A stretch of DNA of 51,713 nt from Clostridia bacterium (GCA_017455975.1 JAFTLK010000395.1:1-51713), one strand, 5' to 3'; positions 8,779 to 18,325 are shown, counted from the first letter of the stretch. Notes: generated by a model not told the origin, from the letters alone. Program-made: numbers and translations.

Positions 8779-10275
8779 ATGAACAACCGTAAATCCATGT
8801 TTCGTACCGTATCCGGTCTGCTCGCCCTGCTGATGACCGGTTCCGTACTGCTGTCCTGCGGCTCCGATACCGGAACACCGGCAGAAACCACCGGAGGTGT
8901 CGATACCACGCCGGTTACTGAAGCTGTCACCGAAGCCGGGATTGAATATGTCGAGGATTCACTTCCTGACAATCTGAACTTTGACGGCCGTCAGTTCACC
9001 ATCTATGTCGCAAGCTACAATGAGTTTTTTGAAGGTCCGGAGGAATCGACCGGTGACGTCGTTGATGACGCTGTCATCGACCGCAACCGCGCCGTCGAAG
9101 AACGCCTGAACATCGAGTTGGAATATTACTTTGACGGCACTGCACAGTGGGATACCATCGCAGGCATCATTTCCAAGTTCATCATGGCAGGCGACACGAC
9201 CTATGACCTGTTCACAGGTCAGCAGTACGGCATCACGTCCCTGCTTGCCAACGGCGGTTTTGTCAATGTCTATGATCTGGAGCATCTCGACTTTACCAAG
9301 CCGTGGTGGAACAACCGTTACATGGACGAGCTTTCCATCGGTAAAGATGCCCGCTACTTCCTCGTCAGCGACTTCTTTATCTCGGCATTCCTTTCCACGC
9401 ACGTTGTCTTCTTCAACAAGACCATGTACGGCAAGCTGCATGAAGACCCCAACGAGCTCTACAACCTCGTTCTCGACGGCACCTGGACACTGGACAAGAT
9501 GGCACAGGTCGCAAAGGATGCATATATTGACTTGAACAACAACGGTCAGACCGATATCGAGGACCAGCTCGGCTATGTCACCTACCTCGCAGCGGCTTCC
9601 GTCGACCCGTTCATGTACCTGTCCGACATCGAATTTACACCGCACGACAGTGACGGCAATGTCTCCATCAATCTCATCAATGAACAGTGTGTCGATCTGA
9701 CAACCAAGATCGTCGAATATTTCCATCAGCCCGGCAGCTTATTCCAGACCGAAAACGGTGCCTGCAACCCGCAGTTTACCAACGGCAAGGCACAGTTCCT
9801 CGGTATCAACACCATCAGTGCTGCAAAGGCTTTCCGCGATATGAAAGATGACTTCAGCTTCCTGCCGTATCCGAAGCTGACAGAGGCACAGGAGCACTAT
9901 AACTGTGTTGTTGCGGACATTGCCGCGCCCGGTGCGGTTCCCGGAACGTCGCTGAATCTCGACATGGCAGGTGCCGTCATCGAAGCGCTGTCCTCCGAAT
10001 CCTACCGTTCTGTCCTTCCGACCTACTACGAAACTGCGCTGAAGATCAAGTATTCCCGCGATGATATCACCTCGCAGATCATCGACATCATCCACGATGC
10101 ATCCTATACAGACTTTTTGTATGCGTATTCCTCCAGCCTCGGCGGTATCGGCGTCATCATGCGTGACCTCGTCGCCAAAAACTCCACCGATTATATGTCA
10201 CTGGTCTCCAAGAAAGAAAAATCCGTCAACAAATTCCTCGAAAAGCTCATCACTGCTTATGAGGAACAGGAATAA
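8779..10275 (+). CDS. Extracellular solute-binding lipoprotein (paralog of 3499-4983)
   Basis: Lipobox VLLSC, AGDTTYD, KPWWN, GTWTLD, DLNNNG and FLPYPKL motifs. Confidence 0.85.
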   Translation: MNNRKSMFRTVSGLLALLMTGSVLLSCGSDTGTPAETTGGVDTTPVTEAVTEAGIEYVEDSLPDNLNFDGRQFTIYVASYNEFFEGPEESTGDVVDDAVIDRNRAVEERLNIELEYYFDGTAQWDTIAGIISKFIMAGDTTYDLFTGQQYGITSLLANGGFVNVYDLEHLDFTKPWWNNRYMDELSIGKDARYFLVSDFFISAFLSTHVVFFNKTMYGKLHEDPNELYNLVLDGTWTLDKMAQVAKDAYIDLNNNGQTDIEDQLGYVTYLAAASVDPFMYLSDIEFTPHDSDGNVSINLINEQCVDLTTKIVEYFHQPGSLFQTENGACNPQFTNGKAQFLGINTISAAKAFRDMKDDFSFLPYPKLTEAQEHYNCVVADIAAPGAVPGTSLNLDMAGAVIEALSSESYRSVLPTYYETALKIKYSRDDITSQIIDIIHDASYTDFLYAYSSSLGGIGVIMRDLVAKNSTDYMSLVSKKEKSVNKFLEKLITAYEEQE

Positions 10276-10278
10276 TCC

Positions 10279-10983
10279 ATGATGCACGCATTTCTTCTGA
10301 TCGGACAATCCAACATGGCAGGACGCGGATTGATTTCCGAAGCACATGACATCGATTCCTCACGCATCCGCATCTCCTCAAACGGGCATTGGACAGATAT
10401 GTTCCGACCAATCAACCGTGACCGCCCGTTTGCCGGGGTCAATCTTGCAGAAAGCTTTGCCGAAGCGTATGCAAAAAAGCACGACGTCGATGTCGGTCTG
10501 ATTACCTGCGCCGAGGGCAACTCCAAGCTCGATGATTGGATGCCGGGTGAAATCCTCTATGACAACGCCGTTTCCTGCTGCCGTCTGGCCGCGCGCACGG
10601 CAAAGATCGTCGGGGTGCTGTGGCATCAGGGGGAATGTGATGTGCCGGAGGCGCGCCGTCTGACCTATCGGGTGCGGTTTGAGCGTTTCATCACCGCTCT
10701 GCGCCGTGACGCAGGTCTTGGCGATATTCCGGTTCTCATCGGCGGACTGGGCGACTTCCTTGCCGACTGTACCCAAGGCAATCAGGAGGAAGACAAGACC
10801 TACTACCTGTTAAACGAGGTGTTTGAGGAAATCGCCGCCAACAATCCGAACATCGGCTTTGTTTCCGCGGTCGGACTCGGCGCAAACGATGACAACATTC
10901 ACTTCAATTCCGATGCACTTTACACCTTCGGTCTTCGGTATTTTGATGTGTTTGAGCAAATGACAGAAACTGCAACCAAATAA
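10279..10983 (+). CDS. Sialate O-acetylesterase / CE6 (SASA) carbohydrate esterase
   Basis: GQSNMAG (Ser nucleophile), WHQGECD and DNIHF (DxxH) motifs. No signal peptide. Confidence 0.88.
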   Translation: MMHAFLLIGQSNMAGRGLISEAHDIDSSRIRISSNGHWTDMFRPINRDRPFAGVNLAESFAEAYAKKHDVDVGLITCAEGNSKLDDWMPGEILYDNAVSCCRLAARTAKIVGVLWHQGECDVPEARRLTYRVRFERFITALRRDAGLGDIPVLIGGLGDFLADCTQGNQEEDKTYYLLNEVFEEIAANNPNIGFVSAVGLGANDDNIHFNSDALYTFGLRYFDVFEQMTETATK

Positions 10984-10984
10984 C

Positions 10985-11034
10985 AAAAACCGTGCTGTAC
11001 ACAGACCCGGATCTGCATACAGCACGGTATTTTT
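10985..11034. terminator. Bidirectional intrinsic terminator
   Basis: Stem ACCGTGCTGTA/TACAGCACGGT with an inner CAGA/TCTG stem, flanked by A- and T-runs, between convergent genes. Confidence 0.75.
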
Positions 11035-11043
11035 GCTTTTCGA

Positions 11044-11499
11044 TTATTCTGCTGCGCGTTCTGCGAAAATGTCTTCTGCCGGTTCTTCTTCGACCGCCTC
11101 TTCAACGACATCTTCAACAACGTCTTCAACTGTTTCTGCGATCTCATCGAGAACCGGTGCTTCTTCCACATATTCTTCGATGGTGATCTCGCATTCCGGC
11201 TCGCCGGAGGTGCATGCATCGCACTCACCCATGCAATCCTCACATGCTTCAAACTCAAATGCTTCGCCGCATGCATTGTATTCGCATGCATCCTTTGCAG
11301 CCTGCTCGCAAGCTTCGACTTCACTCTTTGCTTCCTTCAGAACGAGGTAAGCACCGGAGATGCCGCCGATGGCGGACAGTGCGAGGAACGTGTTTGCCAG
11401 GCTCTTCTTCTTGTTGTACAGAAGGAAAAACAGGACAACAAAAGATGCGGACTGAACAAGCAGTGTCAGACCAATGTGGAATCTGTACTTCTTTAACAT
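11044..11499 (-). CDS. Small membrane protein with Cys-rich and highly acidic tail
   Basis: AGGAGAA RBS. Two hydrophobic segments in the first ~55 aa, 8 Cys between aa 64 and 103, and an E/D-rich C-terminus. Confidence 0.75.
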   Translation of the reverse strand: MLKKYRFHIGLTLLVQSASFVVLFFLLYNKKKSLANTFLALSAIGGISGAYLVLKEAKSEVEACEQAAKDACEYNACGEAFEFEACEDCMGECDACTSGEPECEITIEEYVEEAPVLDEIAETVEDVVEDVVEEAVEEEPAEDIFAERAAE

Positions 11500-11538
11500 A
11501 ATCGTATTCTCCTTTTCGATTCGTGTATTTTGGATGCC

Positions 11539-12648
11539 TTATTTGTTGGCATTCATTTTCAGATAGGAATTGATAAATGCATCCAGATCGCCGTCCATAA
11601 CACCGTCAACGTCAGCCGTTTCACAGCCGGTTCTGGTGTCCTTGACGAGCGTATAGGGCATGAAGACATACGAACGGATCTGTGCGCCCCATTCGATCTT
11701 CGCCTTCTCACCCTGAATGTCTTCAATGCGGTCAAGATGCTCGCGCTCCTTGATTTCAACGAGCTTTGCTTTCAGCATGCGCATTGCGGTTTCCTTGTTC
11801 TGCAGCTGGCTGCGCTCCGTCTGACAGCCGACGACGATACCGGTCGGCTTGTGCAGAATACGGATTGCGGAGTCGGTCTTGTTGATGTGCTGACCGCCGG
11901 CACCGGAAGAACGGTGTGCGGTGATTTCAAGATCGGCTTCGTTGATCTCGATCTCGACGCTGTCATCAAGCTCGGGCATAACTTCAACCGATGCAAACGA
12001 GGTCTGCCGTCTGCCGGATGCATCAAACGGAGAAACACGGACAAGGCGGTGAACACCGTTTTCGCTCTTGAGATAGCCGTAAGCGTCATTGCCCTCAACG
12101 AGGATCGTTGCACTCTTCAGACCTGCTTCGTCGCCATCCAGCCAGTCCAGCAGCTTGACCGTGAAGCCGGACTTTTCTGCCCAGCGGTTGTACATACGGT
12201 ACAGCATGGATGCCCAGTCCTGCGCCTCGGTACCGCCGGCACCGGGATGGAAAGAAATGATGGCGTTGTTGTGGTCGTATTCACCGCAGAGAAGGACTTC
12301 GATACGGATACGGTCTTCTTCCTTTTCGATGCGTTCAACCTCGGAGAGAACCTCCTCACAGATGCTCTCATCCTTTTCCTCAATGCCCATTTCGGCGAGG
12401 GTAATCGTGTCTTCCACATCGGCTTCCAGACGGCGGAAATCCTCAACCGTGCTCTTGCGCGCCTTGATCTCCTTTAAGATCTTCGCGGAACGCTTTGCAT
12501 CGTTCCAGAAATCCCCCTCGGAGGTCTGTGCCTCGAGGTTTTCAAGTTCCCGTTCGAGCTCCTCAATGTGCAGTGTGGAGCCGAGCTCTTTGACATCGGC
12601 GCGGATGTCTTCCAGATGGTGTATTGCTTCTTCTAACTGAATAATCAA
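11539..12648 (-). CDS. prfB: Peptide chain release factor 2
   Basis: GAGGTEAQDW, RLVRVSPF (SPF anticodon mimic) and SSGAGGQH motifs. Continuous ORF from TTG at 12648. Confidence 0.97.
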   Translation of the reverse strand: MIIQLEEAIHHLEDIRADVKELGSTLHIEELERELENLEAQTSEGDFWNDAKRSAKILKEIKARKSTVEDFRRLEADVEDTITLAEMGIEEKDESICEEVLSEVERIEKEEDRIRIEVLLCGEYDHNNAIISFHPGAGGTEAQDWASMLYRMYNRWAEKSGFTVKLLDWLDGDEAGLKSATILVEGNDAYGYLKSENGVHRLVRVSPFDASGRRQTSFASVEVMPELDDSVEIEINEADLEITAHRSSGAGGQHINKTDSAIRILHKPTGIVVGCQTERSQLQNKETAMRMLKAKLVEIKEREHLDRIEDIQGEKAKIEWGAQIRSYVFMPYTLVKDTRTGCETADVDGVMDGDLDAFINSYLKMNANK

Positions 12649-12793
12649 CTCTGTTATGTCCCCTTCGTTATAAAATAGTACAGCTCTGTTGATATAAAAG
12701 TATTATATCATAAATCGCTGAATAATAAACTAATAAATTGTGACACTTTTTTGAATTATTTCCGATTTTTGGAAATCATTCCCTCTCCGGCGG

Positions 12794-14617
12794 TTAAGCC
12801 GGCGCACAGCCGCAATCGCCGTCCAGGCTGACATTGCCGGTAAAGACAAGGCCGCGCTTGCCGTCCACGGTGACCGCTGTTCCGCTTTTCAGGATCTTTG
12901 TCGCGCCGACCGCACCGACGATGACGGGAATGTCAAGTGTCATACCGGCGATGGCTGCATGGGAATCCGCTCCCGGTGCCTCACAGATAATACCGGAAGC
13001 ATGGCGGAGGATCGGCAGCAGGCGGTTGGTCGTCTCCGGAATGACGAGGATCTCTCCATCGCGGAACGTGGCAAGTGCCTCCTGCTCATTTTTGCAGACG
13101 CAGAGATTACCGCAGATACGGCGATCCACAAGCCCGGTACCGGAGGTCAGTACATCGCCGACGATCTGCACCTTGAGCATATTGGTCGTACCGGAAATGC
13201 CGATCGGAATGCCGGCGGTGATGACGACCAGATCGCCGTCACGCACAAGTCCGCAGGCAAACGCCTTTTCCACGGCATGACGGAACAGATCGTCCGTGTT
13301 GTCCATCTCATCGATCAGAAGCGGTGTAATGCCCCACGACAGGTTCATGTGGCGGCAGACCTTTTCAGTCGTTGCACAGCCGATGATCGGGGTTTCCGGG
13401 CGGTATTTCGAGATCATGCGCGCCGTGGAGCCTGACTTGGTCACGGTAATAATCGCGGCGGCATTGAGGTCGTGTGCAGTCGTACAGGTGGCATGAGAGA
13501 TCGCCCCTGTGACACCGGAGAAAATTTCCGGTCCGCGCTCGGAGAAGCGGCGGCGGTAATCGATGTCCCCCTCGGTTCTCGTTGCGATCTTTGCCATCAT
13601 GGCAACCGCTTCCACGGGATACTGCCCTGCCGCCGTTTCACCGGACAGCATGATCGCGCTGGTGCCGTCATAAATGGCATTTGCAACGTCGGTGATCTCG
13701 GCTCTTGTCGGACGCGGGTTATGTGTCATCGATTCCAGCATCTGGGTCGCGGTAATGACCTGCTTGCCGGCGTTATAACATTTTGCGATCAGTGTTTTCT
13801 GGATGACAGGAATATCCTCCATCGGGATCTCAACACCCATATCACCGCGCGCAACCATGATGCCGTCTGCTACAGACAGAATCTCGTCCATATTGGCAAC
13901 ACCGGCGGCGTTTTCAATTTTTGCGATGATGCGGATATCATGCGTACCGCCGTTTTCTTCGAGAACGCGGCGGATCTGCAGAATGTCATCGGCACACTGG
14001 GTAAAGGATGCGGCGATGAAGTCAAAATCGTTTTCAACACCGAATCTGATATCGGCACGGTCCTTTTCGGAGAGAAACGGCATCGACAGCTGAACACCGG
14101 GCAGGTTGACACCCTTGCGGTTGGAAACCTCGCCGCCGTGCAGAACGCGGCATACAATCTCGCGCTTATCGATATGCTCGGCGGACAATTCCAGATTGCC
14201 GTCGTCAATGAGAATCCGCGTTCCCGTGACGATATCCTTCCAAAGATCGCGGTAGGTAATGGAGACGTGCTTGTCGTCTCCCTCGGTATCATACATACAA
14301 AGTGTGAAGGATGCACCGTCCTCCAGCGTCACACGACCATCGGCAAAGGTACCGAGACGTACCTCCGGGCCTTTGGTATCAAGCAGAAGCGACACCGAAA
14401 GTCCCTTTTCCGCACGCAGTTTTTTGATGCGGTTGATCTTTTCCAGATGATCGGCGTAAGCGCCGTGCGAGAAGTTGATACGCGCGACATCCATGCCGGC
14501 ATCCATCATCGCACACAGCGTTTCTTCGGTTTCCGACGCAGGACCGATGGTACAGATAATTTTGGTTTTGCGGGACATCCGTTCAATATACGGAGACGGT
14601 TCAACTGTGCGGTTCAT
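12794..14617 (-). CDS. pyk: Pyruvate kinase with C-terminal PEP-utiliser (swivel) domain
   Basis: KTKIICTIGPAS, ARINFSHG, IIAKIEN, IMVARGDMGVEIP and TATQMLESM motifs. C-terminal DSHAAI. Start may be ATG 14578. Confidence 0.96.
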   Translation of the reverse strand: MNRTVEPSPYIERMSRKTKIICTIGPASETEETLCAMMDAGMDVARINFSHGAYADHLEKINRIKKLRAEKGLSVSLLLDTKGPEVRLGTFADGRVTLEDGASFTLCMYDTEGDDKHVSITYRDLWKDIVTGTRILIDDGNLELSAEHIDKREIVCRVLHGGEVSNRKGVNLPGVQLSMPFLSEKDRADIRFGVENDFDFIAASFTQCADDILQIRRVLEENGGTHDIRIIAKIENAAGVANMDEILSVADGIMVARGDMGVEIPMEDIPVIQKTLIAKCYNAGKQVITATQMLESMTHNPRPTRAEITDVANAIYDGTSAIMLSGETAAGQYPVEAVAMMAKIATRTEGDIDYRRRFSERGPEIFSGVTGAISHATCTTAHDLNAAAIITVTKSGSTARMISKYRPETPIIGCATTEKVCRHMNLSWGITPLLIDEMDNTDDLFRHAVEKAFACGLVRDGDLVVITAGIPIGISGTTNMLKVQIVGDVLTSGTGLVDRRICGNLCVCKNEQEALATFRDGEILVIPETTNRLLPILRHASGIICEAPGADSHAAIAGMTLDIPVIVGAVGATKILKSGTAVTVDGKRGLVFTGNVSLDGDCGCAPA

Positions 14618-14690
14618 TATGTTTCATCGATCCTTTCAGCAGATTTCGGCATTTGACTTTGGAAATTATATCACAACTTTTCCCTTATAC

Positions 14691-14719
14691 ATTATACCAC
14701 ATTTCACCTCCGATGTCAA
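14691..14719 (-). promoter_or_regulatory. Sigma-A promoter for pyk
   Basis: Minus strand TTGACA-17 nt-TATAAT. Confidence 0.8.
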
Positions 14720-14884
14720 GATTTCTCAAATCCTTTTACGGCAAAGGCAATAGTCCGTACCTTTTGTTTACCATTTGTTTACTGTTTTGTCATCAAACTT
14801 TAAGATGTATACGGTATCATATAAACAGACACAGGGGCACCGCCCTGCAATATCATGCCGCAATACAGGAAAGGATTCTACCAC

Positions 14885-15199
14885 ATGGGAACCGTTTTCA
14901 CCTATGCATTTTTCAACGGCTTTCGTATTTTCATGTTTCTCTTTGGATTTCCGATGCTGATCGGATTCGCCTCCCGTATGCTGCTGCAAAGATTCCGATA
15001 TGCATTTCTTGGTACTGCCGCACTCGGAATTTGGTTTCTTGTGATATGGCTTTACGCCAGGACAAATCCGATTCCCGGGAGTGAGGGTCCCGGTCTCCTC
15101 ACACTCTATGCATTCTGCGCTTTTTCCGCTTCGCTTGTAACAGGTATGATACTACGGATCATCCGTGCAATCCGATCGCGGAAAAACACAAACAAATAA
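14885..15199 (+). CDS. Small hypothetical membrane protein (about 3 TM)
   Basis: Hydrophobic ORF with AGGAAAGGA RBS before ATG 14885, followed by a terminator. Confidence 0.65.
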   Translation: MGTVFTYAFFNGFRIFMFLFGFPMLIGFASRMLLQRFRYAFLGTAALGIWFLVIWLYARTNPIPGSEGPGLLTLYAFCAFSASLVTGMILRIIRAIRSRKNTNK

Positions 15200-15204
15200 A
15201 TTCC

Positions 15205-15236
15205 AAAAACGGAGATTTGATGTCTCCGTTTTTTTA
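15205..15236 (+). terminator. Intrinsic terminator
   Basis: AAAAACGGAGA-7 nt-TCTCCGTTTTT followed by more T. Confidence 0.75.
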
Positions 15237-15239
15237 TAC

Positions 15240-15273
15240 CCGGGTTCTAATTCCGCGGCCTCTCCAATATACA
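15240..15273 (+). promoter_or_regulatory. Putative sigma-E promoter of spoIVA
   Basis: CCGGGTTCTAA-15 nt-AATATACA. spoIVA is sigma-E dependent in B. subtilis and C. difficile. The same upstream 11-mer occurs at 30081-30091 (-). Confidence 0.5.
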
Positions 15274-15331
15274 TAACCCGAAACGAATCACAGCACAAAA
15301 CCGGCGTGTTCCGGTTCGGGAGGAATAGAAT

Positions 15332-16828
15332 ATGCAAGAATATGCGATCTACAAAGACATCGCCGAGCGGACGATGGGCAATATTTACATCGGAGTGGTC
15401 GGACCTGTCCGCACAGGTAAATCCACTTTTATCAAGCGCTTCATGGAAACGCTGGTCCTGCCGGCAATTGAAAACGATGCCGACCGTACCCGCGCACAGG
15501 ATGCCCTGCCGCAAAGTGCCGGCGGCAAAACGGTCATGACCACCGAGCCGAAGTTCATTCCGGACGAAGCCGTCACCGTTTCCGTGAAGGATCCCGCCGC
15601 AGGTCAGCATCCGATCCCGCTCAACATCCGCATGATCGATTGTGTCGGCTATCTGATCCCCGGTGCGGTCGGCGGCACGGAAAACGACGCGCCGCGCATG
15701 GTGCATACCCCGTGGTCGGACGCGCCTCTGCCCTTTGAGGAGGCGGCGGAAATCGGCACACACAAGGTCATCTCCGAGCATGCGACCATCGGTGTACTCG
15801 TAACGACCGACGGTTCCATCGGCGAGCTGCCGCGTGAGGCATACACAGCAGCGGAGGAACGGATCGTGCGTGAACTGCAGGAGCAGAACAAGCCGTTCGT
15901 CATCCTGCTCAACTCTGCGCATCCGGGTGAGGCTGATACTGTGGCACTCGGTCTGCAGTTGGAGCAGACCTATCATGCCCCCGTCGCGCTTCTGTCGTGC
16001 CCCGAAATGGACAATGAGGATATCCGTCATATACTTGCCCTCGCGCTGGAGCAGTTCCCCATCCGTGAGCTGCGTATATCCATGCCGGACTGGATGTGCG
16101 CACTTCCGCACGGTCACCGCATTCTGCATGCGGTCAGAGACGCTGTCTGTTCCCTTGCCGCAGAGATCAGGCACATGGGGGATGCACCGACCGCCGTTGC
16201 CGCCGCCAACGACCGTGAATGTCCTGCCGCCATTCGCATCCGAGGCGGTGCACCCGGCAGCGGCAGCATCACATTGGAGCTTGAACCGGAAACCGGTTTG
16301 TTCTATCGTATCCTCGGTGAGGAGACCGGATTTTCCGTCGACTCCGATGCGGCGCTGTTTTCCCTGCTTACGGAGCTTGCAAAAACGAAGCGGGCGTATG
16401 ACCGCGTGGCAGGTGCGCTGGAGCAGGTGCGTACACAGGGCTGGGGCACGGTTATGCCGGACATCACAGAGCTGACGCTGGCAGAGCCGGAAATCGTCCG
16501 GCAGAACGGAAGCTGCGGTGTACGTCTGCGCGCAACCGCACCGTCCATTCATATGATCCGCGCCAACATCGAAGCGCAGGTCGCGCCGATCGTCGGAACG
16601 GAACAACAGTCCGAGGAAATGGTGAAATTCCTCATGCACGAATTTGAGGAAGACCCGGCGCGCTTGTGGCAGACAAACATGTTCGGCAAATCCCTGCATG
16701 AGCTGGTCGGAGAGGGGCTGCATGCAAAGCTCGCCCATATTCCGGACGACGCAAGACAGAAGCTCGGCGAAACGGTCGAGCGTATCATCAACGAGGGCGC
16801 CGACGGACTGGTTTGTATTCTGCTGTAA
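15332..16828 (+). CDS. spoIVA: Stage IV sporulation protein A
   Basis: GVVGPVRTGKSTFIKRF, LPQSAGGKTVMTTEPKF and MIDCVGY motifs, C-terminal IINEG. Confidence 0.97.
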   Translation: MQEYAIYKDIAERTMGNIYIGVVGPVRTGKSTFIKRFMETLVLPAIENDADRTRAQDALPQSAGGKTVMTTEPKFIPDEAVTVSVKDPAAGQHPIPLNIRMIDCVGYLIPGAVGGTENDAPRMVHTPWSDAPLPFEEAAEIGTHKVISEHATIGVLVTTDGSIGELPREAYTAAEERIVRELQEQNKPFVILLNSAHPGEADTVALGLQLEQTYHAPVALLSCPEMDNEDIRHILALALEQFPIRELRISMPDWMCALPHGHRILHAVRDAVCSLAAEIRHMGDAPTAVAAANDRECPAAIRIRGGAPGSGSITLELEPETGLFYRILGEETGFSVDSDAALFSLLTELAKTKRAYDRVAGALEQVRTQGWGTVMPDITELTLAEPEIVRQNGSCGVRLRATAPSIHMIRANIEAQVAPIVGTEQQSEEMVKFLMHEFEEDPARLWQTNMFGKSLHELVGEGLHAKLAHIPDDARQKLGETVERIINEGADGLVCILL

Positions 16829-16835
16829 CTATGAT

Positions 16836-16870
16836 GGGGCTGCTGCAAGCCGGAAACTTGCAGCAGCCCC
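16836..16870. terminator. GC-rich hairpin between convergent spoIVA and pepD
   Basis: Perfect 14-bp stem GGGGCTGCTGCAAG/CTTGCAGCAGCCCC with a 7-nt loop. U-tracts are weak. Confidence 0.6.
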
Positions 16871-16876
16871 ACGTGT

Positions 16877-18325
16877 TTATTTTTCCGCAAGCATGGCACA
16901 TACGGTTTCATACACACGGCGGATCGAATCGATCTCGATGCGTTCCTCGGGCGTATGAATATCACGCATATCGGGACCGATGGAAATCGGATCAAGCCCC
17001 GGCACGGCATGCTTCATCAAACCGCATTCCAACCCCGCATGGATCGCCTCCACGCGCGGCGTTTTACCCCACAGCCGCTCATAAACCGTAACATACCGCT
17101 TGGTCGAGACAGAATCGCGGTCGTATGCCCAACCGGGATATTCTCCGGAATACGAGATCCCGGCACCGAACAGCGCAGCACACTGTGCCAGCTTCGTGCG
17201 GATCTCCTCTTTGCGGATCTCCACCGAAGCACGTGCGAGAAATCCGACGGTTACCGCATCCTCCTCCGTGCGCAGAATGCCCATATTGCAGGACGACTCG
17301 ACAAGCTCCGGCATGTCCTCACACATCGTGACAATGCCGTTCGGCGTCAGATTCAGAATGCCGAGGATGGCTTTTGTATCATCTGCCGTCATCGCACGAA
17401 CCGTTCCGCTGTCATACGATGCGGTAATTTTGCCCTCTGCCCGGTCATCACGGGAGAGAACAGACATCTGCTCCGCGCACAGCGTATCAAGCGCCTTTTG
17501 AACCGCATCGGCACAGCCCGCATGATACGCGATCACTGCCGTGCAGTCACGCGGAATTGCATTGTCCATGGTACCGCCCGCAAGCGAGACAATACGGATC
17601 GGTGCAATCGCCTGTACAGCTGCAAGAATATGACCGATGATGCGGTGTGCATTGCCGCGCGGCATGTGGATCTCAGCACCGGAATGACCGCCCTTCAGAC
17701 CCCGGACACAAATCTCGGCGGTCATCGCATCGATGCTTTCATAGGTCACGGGGCGATGCATATCCGCCCTGACACCGCCGGCACAGCTGACCGTGCAGAC
17801 ACCGTCCTCCTCGGAGTCGAGGTTGAACAGCAGCTTTGCGCGGATATCGGAGTAATCAAATCCTCCGGCACCGCCGAGCCCGACCTCCTCCTGCACGGTA
17901 AACAGGCATTCCAGCTCCGGATGTGCAAGCGAATCGTCGTCCAAAATCGCCAGCATCATCGCAACGGCAATCCCGTCATCGCCGCCGAGCGTGGTTCCGT
18001 CGGCACGGATCCAACCGTCCTCGACGATCAGCGTCAGCGGATCGCGCAGAAAATCGTGTTCCTTGTCTGCGCGTTTGACGCAGACCATATCGGTGTGTCC
18101 CTGCAGCATAACGACGGGCGCATGCTCGTATCCTGCCGATGCCGCCTTTCGGATCAACACGTTGTGCATTGCATCGCGGCGGTATGCAAGACCGTGCTCC
18201 CGTGCAAATGCGCAGAGAAAATCGGCTGCCGCCGCTTCGTTATACGAGCCATGCGGGATCCGGCAGAGCTGCTCAAAATACTCAAATACAGCACGGGGCT
18301 GATAACCGTTCAGAATTTGTTCCAT
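16877..18325 (-). CDS. pepD: Aminoacyl-histidine dipeptidase (M20C)
   Basis: LQGHTDMVC, TLGGDDG, QEEVGL, NLDSEE, HAGLECG and HTPEE motifs. Start at ATG 18325 after GAAAGGA. Confidence 0.92.
   Translation of the reverse strand: MEQILNGYQPRAVFEYFEQLCRIPHGSYNEAAAADFLCAFAREHGLAYRRDAMHNVLIRKAASAGYEHAPVVMLQGHTDMVCVKRADKEHDFLRDPLTLIVEDGWIRADGTTLGGDDGIAVAMMLAILDDDSLAHPELECLFTVQEEVGLGGAGGFDYSDIRAKLLFNLDSEEDGVCTVSCAGGVRADMHRPVTYESIDAMTAEICVRGLKGGHSGAEIHMPRGNAHRIIGHILAAVQAIAPIRIVSLAGGTMDNAIPRDCTAVIAYHAGCADAVQKALDTLCAEQMSVLSRDDRAEGKITASYDSGTVRAMTADDTKAILGILNLTPNGIVTMCEDMPELVESSCNMGILRTEEDAVTVGFLARASVEIRKEEIRTKLAQCAALFGAGISYSGEYPGWAYDRDSVSTKRYVTVYERLWGKTPRVEAIHAGLECGLMKHAVPGLDPISIGPDMRDIHTPEERIEIDSIRRVYETVCAMLAEK

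Noticed and set aside
12578-12584. CTTTGAC, the exact RF2 slippery sequence, near the 5' end of prfB
   Set aside because: It lies on the plus (antisense) strand. In the coding sense it reads GTCAAAG (Val-Lys-Glu), so it is a coincidence.
12794-13130. Extra C-terminal domain on pyruvate kinase
   Set aside because: The PEP-utiliser swivel domain with a conserved His is a known feature of many Firmicute pyruvate kinases.
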